This document shows, in pieces, positions 1-12,527 of a stretch of DNA of 64,000 bases (position 1 is the stretch's first letter; every line of letters starts with the position of its first letter). The stretch spans positions 8,915 through 72,914 of the forward strand of contig JAUCBJ010009006.1 of the NCBI GenBank assembly GCA_032718475.1, read 5' to 3'. Both the position numbers and the translations under genes were made by a program. The DNA is from Nemertoderma westbladi (taxonomy: Eukaryota; Animalia; Xenacoelomorpha). The notes below the pieces were generated by a model. That model had not been told where the DNA came from, did no database searches, and worked only from the letters and a program-made list of their open reading frames with translations.

Positions 1-2
1 AC

Positions 3-3000
3 ATTCTGCAAGAATCTAACCGCGAAGCACAGAAACTGGATCGTCTACGGGAAGAAACCCATTCACTAGCAGGTAAACATCGTTTACAATTGGAGCAGTT
101 AGAACAACACAGAGTCCAATTGGAGGAGTTGCAACAGGAAATGGTTATCCGCCAAGATTATTTAGCAACTACTCAGCCTCTTGTATCTAGGTCACAAGCA
201 GTACATGGTGCAGCAGCCATTCGTAATGCCTCAAAAATAAATAATATTTATCAAGAAGCAGAATGTTCTTCCTTACCAGATGTTAATAGTAATGGCGCGC
301 ATAATTACCCTTCCCAAATTTTACGACATCCTCCTTCGAATGATACCATTAATGAGACTTCTGAGTTGAATTCTATACTCGCTTCGCAGAGTTTTTCGAG
401 ACAACTTGTGAGGACAGATGCTAGACAAGCACTTATGATGGGAACTATTACCAAATTCAATGGCCAACTTTTAGAATGGATACCTTTTCTTGACCACTAT
501 GAAACTTCTATTAAGGACAGTCTTCTTCCAGCCAATGAAAGGTTGAAGCTTCTTATAGATAGCTTGGATGGTGAGCCAAAGAAATTAGCAGAAGGGTTTA
601 GGGGTATGCCATAATGGTATAGATAATGCATGGGACATTCTAAAGAGAAGATATGGTAATGAAACAACTTTGGCATCGAGGATTTTTGATAAGTTGACAG
701 TTCATCGAAAGGTTACAACAGATAATTTAATTGCATATGCTGATGAACTGAGAACCATATGTCGCCAGTTGGATTGGTTGAAGAAATCTGATAGCTATAA
801 TAATCCAATGGTTGTGAGAATGGTTTCAGCGGCACTGCCCACAGGAGGTATAGGTTATCATTGTGACAAAATTGTACTTTATACACGTGATAAACATAGA
901 CGTGAACCAGTGATGGAGGAATTTCTCGAATTTCTTCAGAAGGAAACTGACTTAACCTTTATTAAGAGAGAGCGTGAACGGTCTTCAGACAAACATTCAA
1001 TGGGAAAGGATAAGGTTGCTGACAGACATTCTGTAGGGAAGGATAGAGATAAGAGACGATCTCACAATATTATGCAATTAAATGATATACATGAGGAAGG
1101 TGAAACAGAAGATGACGCAGGTGGACGTGTACAAAATCTTTATAGCAAACCTTCAAAGGGTCAAGCAAAGTTTCCTTTTAAGAAACCTCAACGTGATTTA
1201 TCTATAGAAAATAAATCAAAACCAATCAATAATGCAATTGCAAATTACTTGGCTGAAGCATATAGTGACCTTTTGACTGATGTCATAGATGGTGGAACTC
1301 TAGAAGGTTCTTGTCTTAACTCCATTGGTGATAACATAAAAATGAGCAAAGAACCTTGTATTAGATGCAAGAAAGGAGGGCATAGGATAACACTCTGTGA
1401 TGTTTTCAAAAATGACTCTATTGCAACTAGGCGAGAATTCCTTCGTAAGAATCATTTATGTTTCATATGTTTGCGACCGGGACATCTTCGTTTAGACTGC
1501 AGATCTTCTTTACGATGTTTCAAATGTAAGGGTACTCATAATCTTTTGCTTCATGTCGACAAAACACCCCCAGCACTTGATAGGGTTCATAAAATATGCG
1601 AACTAGTAGAAGAAACAGTTAACAATAGTGATATTATAGATACTGATGAATTTGAGGAAAATGAATTTACTGATGAAGAAACTTGCGATTCTCGATATGT
1701 ATATAAAGCATTGACATATGAGGAGGATACTAAGATTCATCCAGCAGGTTCAAAGAATCAAGATCGTATAAGAGAGTTTCCAATTCTGCAGGTTAGAATT
1801 AGGGGAACAAGAGGACTAGTGACTGTAAATGCTCTATTAGATAGTGGTAGCTCTCTTTCCTTTATTGACAAAGAGTTAGCTGAACTAATTTTTCAAGGGC
1901 AAACTAGGAAACCTCTACGGTTAAATCTCTCTGGTGTTATGGATGTATGGAAAACTACAGTACAAACAGGTTATTATGAAGGAGATTTATTGCCTGCTGA
2001 CAGGATGCTCAGTGGTATTGTTCCACATGCTAGGTTAGTAGTCATTCCTAACTTCCAAACTAGTCAATCTACACCTTATGATTGGGGGAATGACAAATTT
2101 ACACTTCAACATAAGATTCCATATCATGCTGTAGACTATCCAGGTATTAATTTATTAATAGGACAAAACTTGCATGAAGTGTTTGAACCCTTGAACAAAA
2201 TTCTGAGTAATCCATTACCACTTCAAGATTATGCAGTCCTGACACGGTTGGGCTGGTATTGTACTGGGCCCTCAGAACGTACATTATATGAACGTGGTAC
2301 CGGTATCGCAAAGGATCACATAGTTGGTAATTCAGTAGACATTCCCTGTTCTTCCAAAGATGTCTCCGATAGTTCTGATTCGGAAGTTGAATGGTCCAGT
2401 GAGGCACTGTGCTGCACCAATACTGATCCAATTGGCCTGATGCCCGAGGAAGAGATACTTCAATGCCAAACTCATCTATGTAATCTGCTTCATGATTCTA
2501 CCACTCATTTAGATAATCCTTCTACCTGTGAATCTTTAGCACCAATTGAAGAAGCTATTAATAAACTTAGACTTACTGAGAAAGTTATTGCTTGGCTTGA
2601 TCAAGACAAACTTGAACATAATGCTAATGCAAAAACCCTGTCTGTGGAAGATGAACGATCACTTCAAATTCAACAAACTACTCGACGATTTATCCCTGAA
2701 GAAGGGAAATATGAAATTGGGCTCCTATGGCGAGCTCAAGAACCAAACTTAATTAATAACCTTCCCTTGGCTCTAACTTGTGCTCAACAATTAAAACGTT
2801 GATTATTAGCCAACAAAGAAATACACAAGATGTATTCCGATAAAATGAGCCATTATATTTCAAATGGATATATGGAGGAGATTCCTCCTCATACTCAAGA
2901 TACCAACAGAACATATTATTTACCACACCACTTTATTCAACGAGAAGATAAACCAGGATGCATACGAGTTGTTAAAGATGGTGCTGCAATGTACAAAGGT

Positions 3001-6000
3001 CATTCATTAAATACAGAACTTATGTCTGGCCCTAATCTTCTCCGGTCTCTTACAGGAATTTTAATTCGCCTACGCCAATATAATATTGCATTTGCATCCG
3101 ATATTAAGGAAATGTTCCTTCAGGTGAAGGCATGTGAAATTGATCGTGATAGCTTAAGGATTCTGTGGTGGCCTGAGGGTAAACTAACTTGCGAATTGCG
3201 CCAATATAGAATGACAATCCAGGCCTTTGGTCTAATATCAAGTCCTTCAAATGCCAGTTTCATACTGCAAAGTACAGCTGATGATAATAAATTGAAGTTT
3301 CCTCCAGGGGTCATTGACAATATAAAGGAAGATTTTTATATGGATGACAATTTGTGTTCTAAACCTACTGTGGAGGAAGCAATTGTTACAGCGAAAGGCA
3401 CAATTGAATGTCTGAAATTAGGAGGTTTTAAGCTTACTAAATTTGTAAGTAATTCAAAGGAAATGCTATCCTCTATTCCGAAAGACGACAGGGCTGCTAC
3501 TGATATAGATCTTTTTAAAGAGCCTCTGCCTGTTACCAAAACCCTAGGTTTACGATGGAATACTGAGGCAGATCAATTATACTTTCAAGTGAAGCCACGT
3601 GGTGGGGAAGTCAGAACGAAGCGCATTTGTTTAAGTATATTGTCTTCTAACTTTGACCCTCTGGGTTTTATTTGTCCTATTACTCTACGAGCTAGGCAGT
3701 TGGTTCAGAAAATGTGGAAGCTTGATACAAACTGGGACGACCATTTGGATGGGGTCATATTGAAAGAGTGGAAAGCTTGGGAATCACAATTACCAGCTAT
3801 TGATCAGCTATTAATACCCAGAAAATATTTCTATAATGCTCAACCCTACCATCAATATGCATTACATATGTTTAGTGATGCTAGCACACAGGGCATGGGT
3901 GTTACTGCATACTTTCGCAAGGAGGATGATACTGGTGTCGAAGTATCCTTAGCCTTCGCCAAAGCGAAGCTTAAACATGAGTCATTAGACATTCCTAAGG
4001 CAGAGCTTCAAGCTGCCGTATATTCTGCCATTGTAGCAAATGATCTTATTGAACAAACCAAATATAAACTACATCAAATTGTCTATTGGACGGATGCAGC
4101 ACTGGTTCTGCAATATATAACTAATAGTAAATGTGAGTTTAGTGTCTTTGTCAGAAATCGAAGGCATGTAATTCTGAATACTTCAAAGCCGGAACAGTGG
4201 CGTTATTGTCCAGGCCCACTGAATCCAGCAGACATTGCATCCCGAGGAGCTACTCCTTTGGAGCTGTTACACACTGAGTCTTGGATTCATGGTCCAGAAT
4301 TTCTTCAACAACCTGAAATAAATTGGCCTAAACAACTCAGTCAACAACAAATAGAACAGGCCAAGGGAGCAGAAATAATCAGGCCAAAATCCAAACCCTC
4401 AAAGTCCAAACTTTTACGAAACTCACTTGGCTCCTCAAATAACTATATCATTATTCAGAATACCTTTACTGGTAGTAAACTAGATATTCTAGATAAAACA
4501 TTCTGGACAAATGCACCGGATCTACCTGACCTTTCTTTGGGTGTTTCTCAAAGATTAGAGAATTATTTCAACCATTACAGTTCATGGAACCGCTTATGTC
4601 GTGCAGTAACCTATCTTAGGTTACTCTTCCACTATTGGTACAATCAACGTCAGACACGAAAATTCATGTCTCTGCAAGAAGTAGACTGTACAAACTTGAA
4701 ACTTTTACGTATCACACAAAAACGAGATAACCTTAATGATTATGACAAGTTGCTTACTCATGCAAACCTTATACTTAGCAACCGATACAGTAGCATAATG
4801 AGAGATGGGCTTATTAGAGTCGGTGGGAGATTGACCAATGCTCCTCTTTCATTCGACACTAAATATCCAATTTTAGTGTATGATACAAGAGTGCAAACAA
4901 AAATCATTTCTGATGTTCATAAGTCATTATTGCATGCGGGTCGAGAATATATCCTCAATCAAATACGCACGCGTTATTATTTTGTACACCCTCGCAAGGC
5001 CTTGAATTTTGTACTTAATGAGTGTATTCCATGTAAGAAAATTAACTGTAGACCTATGACACAATTAGAGGCTGCTTTACCACTTGAAAGACTTGGTAGT
5101 TACTCACCCCCATTCACTTTCACAGGTGTCGACCTATTTGGGCCTATTGAAGTAAAAAGGGCTCGTACTTTGGTAAAGAGATGGGGTGTACTGTTCATTT
5201 GTCTGACTTGTCGAGCAGTGCATATTGACATGGTGAACGACCTTAGTATGAATAGTTTTTTATTATGCCTTAGACGGCAAATTGCAAGATATGGAACAAG
5301 CGAAGTGGTCCGATCAGATAGAGGCACAAACTTTATCGGTTCTTCGAATGAGATCACAAAACTTATAACAGACTGGAATCAACAACAACTTGATGATTCT
5401 CTCAAAATCAAGGGTTCTGACTGGAAATTTATTCCTAGTCATGCTCCTTGGTATGGAGGAAGCTGGGAACGGCTTATTCGAAGTGTAAAAATCTCATTGA
5501 ATCATATATTGCCGTGTAAAGCATACCTTAATGATGAATTACTGAGAACCCTTTTTGAGGAGATTGCATCATACATAAATGGGAGGCCTCTTATGCCTGT
5601 ATCATCCGACCCTCACGCTTTAGAGTCTCTCACACCCGCTCACTTCATGATGAAGAAAAAGGTCACCATGATACCCATTAGTGAACCCACTGATGGAGAT
5701 GAGTACCTCCGTCAAACCTGGCGTATAATGCAACTTCTAACAAAGCGCTTCTCAATTCACTTCGAGAAACATTATTTGCCAAGTATTCATTTACGCACTA
5801 AGTGGTTTGCAGAACAGAGGAATGCACAAGTTGGAGACATGGTACTTCTGGTTGACGACAATCTTCCTCGCAAGTATTGGACTACTGGTCGCATTACAAA
5901 GGTAATTCTAGGTAAAGATGGAAGGGTGCGTGAAGTAGAAGTTCTTTCTGACCAGGGACAGCACCTCAACAGAGCTATTGGTAGATTATGTCTATTGGAA

Positions 6001-6072
6001 CGAGCCCGTGAGCTATCTGGGAACTATGGACAACAACCAAATAAACCTGAAATTATCGAATATACTCAATAA
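3..6072 (+). pseudogene. gag-pol: BEL/Pao gag-pol polyprotein with one frameshift (~612) and one in-frame TGA (2800-2802)
   Basis: Open from the window edge. Gag core KFNGQLLEW..F; knuckles CIRCKKGGHRITLC, CFICLRPGHLRLDC, CFKCKGTHNLLLH; protease LLDSGSSLSFI; RT FASDIKEMF, FGLISSP, FYMDD; RNase H HMFSDAS, YWTDA, NPADIASRG; integrase H-H-C-C, GVDLFGP, SDRGTNF, GGSWERLIRSVK; DUF5641-like tail. ORFs 670 and 2830 share a frame; removing one T at 612 joins ORF 90 to it (GMP-NGIDNAWDILKRRYG). Confidence 0.93.
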
Positions 6073-7860
6073 GATGAAGACAACATATACAGAATGGCAC
6101 AGATTACCATACTATAGTAGCTACTGGTGTATTCATTCCTTTATAGCATAATTGTAAAGTACCCCGCATACAATACAATTCAATCCATAATGCATTATTC
6201 TTTACAGACTGTTGTTACAGACTTATTAGGTCTCCTAGATGTTCTTATTAGGCCTCCTAGATACACTAGTATTTATATTACATATGCACTTGTATTGATT
6301 CTCGGGATTTGTATATATTTATGTCTGTGTATAAAAATGTACTCAATTGTACTGATTGTATAATTCAGTTATATCATTTATATGTATGTTTGTATCCGTG
6401 AGCCTGGTATGTATGATAAAGAGCCAGTATGTGTGGGCATGCGCAGCCAGTTGTATGACGGCTCTTGTGTATTAGTGGATGATAATTGAACATTTCAGTA
6501 AATAGTATATGTAATATATGTACAAGACAGCTAAGCCTATTTCGTGTTTAGATAGATAATTAAATCACAAAATATCAAAGTATGAGGCTAAAGTTGTCAC
6601 GGGAGCGGAGGAAATTAATATTTCGGTACGACCGGATGCAACTTTGTGTATGGATAGATCATAAGTGATTTATTGAGTTTTTATCACTTCCTTCTTGCTA
6701 GTTAGAATGCTGTGATACCTAATTAAAAATTATATTCAAGACCCGGCTCTATATAAAATTACAATAATTGGACATTTCCAGATCTGAATGAATGACGCGA
6801 TACTCTAACTACGCTCGATCTCTAGAATATTTACCCTCATTATTCGTTATTCATTACTCATTACTCAATTATATGAATATTCATATAAATTGCCAATTGC
6901 TTGTTTTTATATACTTTTTTATATACAACTGTAAATATTCTTGAAATCACAAAAGACCGAGACACCAATTAAATCCAGTACCGTATATTGTATGAATGTG
7001 ATGTAATGGAGTGGCGCATGTATTGTATATACATATATCTCATATATATATCTTCTAACTATGAGTGTTACAGTAGAAACTGGTGAATAAGGGGTTTGGG
7101 AATGGGTGGTCTGGCATAAGCCTTGCGGTATGCCCCTCTAAAGTACCAAGTTAACCCCGAAGAATGTATTTACGTTGCAGAATGTTCGGTGATACCTGCT
7201 CGCCCAGTGTGGGGCAACATGTCATGGTGATTGTTACACACTCCATATTGTGCTTCAGCGAGTGGGACCTGGTGGGCTTCTCTGGTTCAAAGATAAATTG
7301 GGGGCTTGTCTGGGAGTTGACTGATGTATACCTAGTTGACTGATGTATCGCGGCTCGATCAACCGGAACAAACTAGTACTGGGAAAAATCCGTTCGTCGC
7401 TCCGAATGTACTGATTTCGCGAGAATATCTACAGGACTACATAACTTAACTCATAACTTTGATCGCATCTGCCACGTTGTTCTCGCAATTGCGACCACGA
7501 TGGTTTAACCAATATTCAACAATGATGTAGGTAGCTTTATTATTTAGTATATATATTATATATGTATTGTTATGCAGTATATGTAATGTACTTATTGGGA
7601 GTGCTTCATTATGATTGTATATTAACTTTGGTTATAGAATAGTATTTTATGTTATACTTTATTATTCCAGTATATATGATATCTTAATGGAAATATTTTT
7701 ATCCTATGCATGCAAGCAAGTAATGAACTAGTAAAATTTGCAACAATGTGCGATTTATATTTATAGGCGACTTACTATTGTTTCATTCTTTGAAAGAGTT
7801 TGTGTTTTGAGAAAATTGTAGTATTTTATATGTTTTTGGGACATGCCACACAAACCCTTT

Positions 7861-7868
7861 GGGGGCGG
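7861..7868 (+). promoter_or_regulatory. Polypurine-tract-like plus-strand priming site of BEL-A
   Basis: GGGGGCGG immediately before the LTR TGT; BEL-B has GGGAGCGG at the equivalent position. Confidence 0.7.
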
Positions 7869-8429
7869 TGTTCGTGAAACTCGCCTATATTTAGTTTATC
7901 TGTTATAGGCCCTATTCAGTATCTTAAATATCGTTATAAGCTCTCATTAGTTTATATTCCATAACCTGATTTCACAAATGATTATGTTCCCCTATTACGG
8001 TACAGTGAATTCATTACTATTATTATTAATAACTTGATATATTCTGCCGTCCTAAGGCAAATCCATGAGGGCCATATTGGTGGTTGGTTAGGTTATTGAA
8101 ACGTAATTTATATTGTGCGCTTTCTTTCTTTCTCATATTCTGCTTATTGTAGAAGATTCAGCTGTAACAACCATATGGCAGTTAATGAGATTTACAGCTT
8201 TCTGACGCTGTGATTGGTTGAATTTCTAGGGCAATCGCAGCTGCTGTACTTGTGTATAGGACATACCTCTTTGTTATGTGGTATATAAGGCCTTGGTTTA
8301 ATATTGAGCGGTGATTATTAATTTATCCCTCACCGTAACGCGATAGAGTTGCTATAGGAAAGCAATAAAATACCATCGCTCCGTGACAAACATCGCGTTG
8401 TGAGTTATAAAAAGTCAGCGGCGCGAACA
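7869..8429 (+). repeat. 3' LTR of BEL-A (561 bp)
   Basis: Starts TGTTCGTG and ends CGCGAACA (7/8 inverted match); TATATAA at ~8282; AATAAA at ~8364. The partner LTR is not in the window. Confidence 0.8.
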
Positions 8430-8460
8430 GGGAAATAAGCATTTTTTTTTTGGGGAATAT

Positions 8461-10883
8461 GTTTTATCCGCTGAGACATACCGAATTACCTTTCAGCGAC
8501 CTTTTTATCCACTGAGACATAAAAATTCTCTTTCAGCAACCTTTTTATCCGCTGAGACATACAAAATTATCTTTCAGCAACCTTTTTATCCGCTGAGACA
8601 TACAGAATTATCTTTCAGCGACCTTTTTATCCGCTGAGACATACAAAATTATCTTTCAGCGACCTTTTTATCCGCTGAGACATACAAAATTATCTTTCAG
8701 CGACCTTTTTATCCGCTGAGACATACAAAATTCTCTTTCAGCGGCCTTTTTATCCGGTGAATTCTATTTCAGCGGCCTTTTTATCCGCTGAGACATACAA
8801 AATTCTCTTTCAGCGGCCTTTTTATCCGCTGAGACATACAGAATTCTGTTTCAGCAACCTTTTTATCCGTTGAGACATACAAAATTCTCTTTCAGCGGCC
8901 TTTTTATCCGCTGAATTCTATTTCAGCGGCCTTTTTATCCGCTGAGACATACAAAATTATCTTTCAGCTGCCTTTTTATCCGCTGAGACATACAGAATTC
9001 TGTTTCAGCGACCTTTTTATCCATTGAGACATACGCAATTCTCTTTCAGCGACCTTTTTATCCGCTGAGACATACAAAATTATCTTTCAGCTACGTTTTT
9101 ATCCGCTGAGACATACAAAATTCTCTTTCAGCGGCCTTTTTATCCGCTGAGACATACAAAATTCTCTTTCAGCGGCCTTTTTATCCGCTGATACATACAG
9201 AATTCTGTTTCAGCGACCTTTTTATCCGTTGAGACATACAAAATTTTCTTTCAGCGACCTTTTATCCGCCGAGACATACAAAATTATCTTTCAGCAAACT
9301 TTTTATCCGCTGAGACATACAAAATTCTCTTTCAGCGGCCTTTTTATCCGCTGAGACATACAAAATTCTCTTTCAGCGGCCTTTTTATCCGCTGAGACAT
9401 ACAGAATTCTGTTTCAGCGACCTTTTTATCCGCTGAGACATACAAAATTCTCTTTCAGCGGCCTTTTTATCCGTTGAGACATACAAAATTATCTTTCAGC
9501 GACCTTTTTATCCGCTGAGACATACAAAATTATCTTTCAGCGACCTTTTTATCCGCCGAGACATACAAAATTATCTTTCAGCAAACTTTTTATCCGCTGA
9601 GACATACAAAATTCTCTTTCAGCGGCCTTTTTATCCGCTGAGACATACAAAATTCTCTTTCAGCGGCCTTTTTATCCGCTGATACATACAGAATTCTGTT
9701 TCAGCGACCTTTTTATCCGTTGAGACATACAAAATTTTCTTTCAGCGACCTTTTATCCGCCGAGACATACAAAATTATCTTTCAGCGGCCTTTTTATCCG
9801 CTGAGACATACAAAATTCTCTTTCAGCTGCCTTTTTATCCGCTGAGACATACAGAATTCTGTTTCAGCGACCTTTTTATCCGCTGAGACATACAAAATTC
9901 TCTTTCAGCGGCTTTTTTATCCGCTGAGACATACAGAATTCTGTTTCAGCGACCTTTTTATCCGCTGAGACATACAAAATTCTCTTTCAGCGGCCTTTTT
10001 ATCCGTTGAGACATACAAAATTCTCTTTCAGCGACCTTTTTATCCGCTGAGACATACAGAATTCTGTTTCAGCGACCTTTTTATCCGCTGAGACATACAA
10101 AATTCTCTTTCAGCGGCCTTTTTATCCGTTGAGACATACAAAATTCTCTTTCAGCGACCTTTTTATCCGCTGAGACATACAAAATTATCTTTCAGCGACC
10201 TTTTTATCCGCTGAGACATACAAAATTATCTTTCAGCGGCCTTTTTATCCGCTGAGACATACAAAATTCTCTTTCAGCGGCCTTTTTATCCGCTGAGACA
10301 TACAAAATTATCTTTCAGCGGCCTTTTTATCCGCTGAGACATACAAAATTCTCTTTCAGCGGCCTTTTTATCCGCTGAGACATACAGAATTCTGTTTCAG
10401 CGACCTTTTTATCCGTTGAGACATACAAAATTATCTTTCAGCAAACTTTTTATCCGCTGAGACATACAAAATTATCTTTCAGCGACCTTTTTATCCGCTG
10501 AGACATACAAAATTATCTTTCAGCGACCTTTTTATCCGCTGAGACATACAAAATTCTCTTTCAGCAACCTTTTTATCCGCTGAGACATACAAAATTTTCT
10601 TTCAGCGACCTTTTTATCCGCTGAGACATATAAAATTATCTTTCAGTGACCTTTTTATCCGCTGAGACATACAAAATTATCTTTCAGCGACCTTTTTATC
10701 CGCTGAGACATACACAATTCTCTTTCAGCGACCTTTTTATCCGCTGAGACATACAAAATTATCTTTCAGCGGCCTTTTTATCCGCTGAGACATACAAAAT
10801 TCTCTTTCAGCGGCCTTTTTATCCGCTGAGACATACAAAATTCTCTTTCAGCGGCCTTTTTATCCGCTGAGACATACAAAATT
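8461..10883. repeat. 41-bp satellite block 1
   Basis: Monomer CCGCTGAGACATACAAAATT(A/C)TCTTTCAGCG(A/G)CCTTTTTAT, period 41 (e.g. 8641 vs 8682), with occasional 31-bp deletion variants. Confidence 0.98.
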
Positions 10884-11034
10884 TCTATATTGTTCACAAT
10901 ATATCCATATTGGGAGCAATAATTATTAGCTCAAATTAATTAGTTACAATCCATTCAATATTCAAATAAAAATAATGTTAATTTAAGTTAATTACATTTT
11001 ATCGTAAAATAATTCATAGTGTCGAAGATTCACT

Positions 11035-11246
11035 GGGCAGGTGTAAAACGCGGATCCGGATTCCAAAATTATCAATTAAGGGAACGGAGCAGGTTACAGT
11101 GGCACGTTATTTAAACCAAAACAATGAACTAAAGTCAATTGAACAGGTTATAGTTTTATTTTTGGGAGTTTATAAAAATGTAAAAAAATCGACTTCCGAG
11201 GGACAATGTTAAATGTAGAATCCGGATCCGCGTTTTACTGTGACCC
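11035..11246. mobile_element. MULE/Mutator-like MITE (212 bp), present in every spacer
   Basis: GGG...CCC termini; perfect 21-bp inverted repeat GTAAAACGCGGATCCGGATTC (11043-11063 / 11218-11238); 9-bp flanking duplication AGATTCACT. Other copies: 16136-16347, 20566-20777, 23782-23994, 28516-28727, 32562-32774, 35668-35880, 37873-38085. Confidence 0.8.
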
Positions 11247-11612
11247 AGATTCACTGAGGTTTTATGCAAACTTTTATCAATAGAGCGATGATTATATTGA
11301 ATTCGCCACTAATTGAATGCCACCCCAAATTAGATGATTTCATACCAAAAAAATTATTTAGCACCAAATATATTTTGTTGTAGCACCAATTCACATCCCC
11401 AATTTTGAATATCCCTCTCACCAAAAACAATTATTCATCCCCCAAAACCAGGCCCGTATGGTGACCATAATATCTGGGGGGGGGGGGGGGGGGGGGCAGA
11501 GGCCAAATCTGGGGGGCATATAGCTTTCGTTTATTATTTTGGTTCCCCCAACACGCCTCTGTAACCTGCTCCTTTACTAACTGTAACAACACGCCTCTGT
11601 AACCTGCTCCTT

Positions 11613-12304
11613 GTAGAGTGTTTGCGAACCGTTAAGGTGGCGTACAACTCTGCATTCAGACATCTATTTGAGTATAGGCGTTGCGACGACGCTGACACAA
11701 TATTTGTCTGCCACCGTGTTAACAACTTCAAAGCTGTCAGCCGGGTACTGGCATTCTCGTTGCGTAATCGCGTCGCAATTTCCTGCAATCCAATCCTTGT
11801 ACAGTAGCTTGTGCAAACTTAGGTTACTCATCTCTCACTGATCGATGGGATGTGCTGCTTCTGTAATGCTCACCCCCCACTTCATGGCTTGCCCCCACAT
11901 TATCGCGGCCTTCTCATATTTCAAATCCTTGCAAATATTATATAATATGAATTAATTCAATGTATATCTTATTATTTTTTTTTGAATACATCACACGCTA
12001 CCGGTACTCAATTTTAATATTTAATATTTTGAATTCAGTAATGGGAATTGCTATTCTTTCGGTATTGGTTGGGCAGTGCCTGAGTGTATCTTTTTTTTGT
12101 TTTTTTTTGTATAATATTGTGCTTTCAAATTGCAAATGCGGTACCTTGGATATCGATTTAATTTAGTATTCTATATAGTATTCAATGTATCCTTGTGCAT
12201 TTAGGTATTAATTGTGCTATGCTGTTAAAATTGGTAGTAATAATCTGTACAGTATGTTTTATGGGCTCTGCCCGATGAATAAACTTGAAATTGAAAAATT
12301 GAAA
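11613..12304 (+). mobile_element. 5'-truncated CR1/L2-group LINE 3' end, present in every spacer
   Basis: Peptide VKVAYNSAFRHLFEYRRCDDADTIFV...FKAVSR...SLRNRV..SCNPIL resembles the ORF2 C-terminus of CR1/L2-group LINEs (from recall). It is followed by a T-rich UTR, hairpin GGGC-TCT-GCCC, AATAAA and a (TTGAAA)n tail. Other copies start at ~16709, 21145, 24359, 29092, 33142, 36243, 50570. Confidence 0.7.
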
Positions 12305-12527
12305 TTTACTAACCTCACCTTTAAAAGGGAATGGGAAATGGGACCTAACGCTCTTTGGGACGACTTTACCTCTTTGCTTTGTACAGAAAGGGCAGTAAAG
12401 TTCTTTGATCTTTGTTTTATACTCACCCGACGATCCTCGTACCAATAGCCTGCCACTGAGTGTCTGTTTATTTTGGTAGAATATTTGATTATTTTGGGGG
12501 AAATAAGCATTTTTTTTTGGGGAATAT

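Larger units (their letters stand above)
1..8429 (+). mobile_element. BEL/Pao LTR retrotransposon BEL-A, 5' end outside window
   Basis: Domain order Gag, three Zn knuckles, PR, RT, RNase H, IN in one polyprotein; ~1.8-kb 3' UTR; purine-rich GGGGGCGG tract; then a TG...CA LTR that ends exactly where array spacer sequence (GGGAAATAAGC) resumes. Confidence 0.95.
10884..12527. repeat. ~1.64-kb spacer, copy 1
   Basis: Near-identical sequence and identical short ORFs recur between all satellite blocks. Confidence 0.95.

Noticed and set aside
2800-2802. Alternative genetic code (TGA as a sense codon) to explain repeated in-frame TGAs
   Set aside because: Conserved Trp positions use TGG, a TAA also interrupts BEL-B, and the TGAs fit Arg contexts; CGA>TGA decay is simpler.
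7315-7400. CTGATG motifs as a hammerhead ribozyme core
   Set aside because: The sequence is CTGATGT rather than CTGANGA, and no properly placed GAAA or three-stem junction was found.
11449-12458. CAGGCCCGTATGGT ... AGCGCCACTG as degenerate TIRs of a hAT-like element around the LINE fragment
   Set aside because: The match is loose and there is no flanking TSD.
10884-12527. Spacer plus satellite as a tandem Helitron/Helentron
   Set aside because: The unit starts with TC, but no 3' CTRR with subterminal hairpin is seen at the junction, and the last block ends differently. Not excluded, but unsupported.
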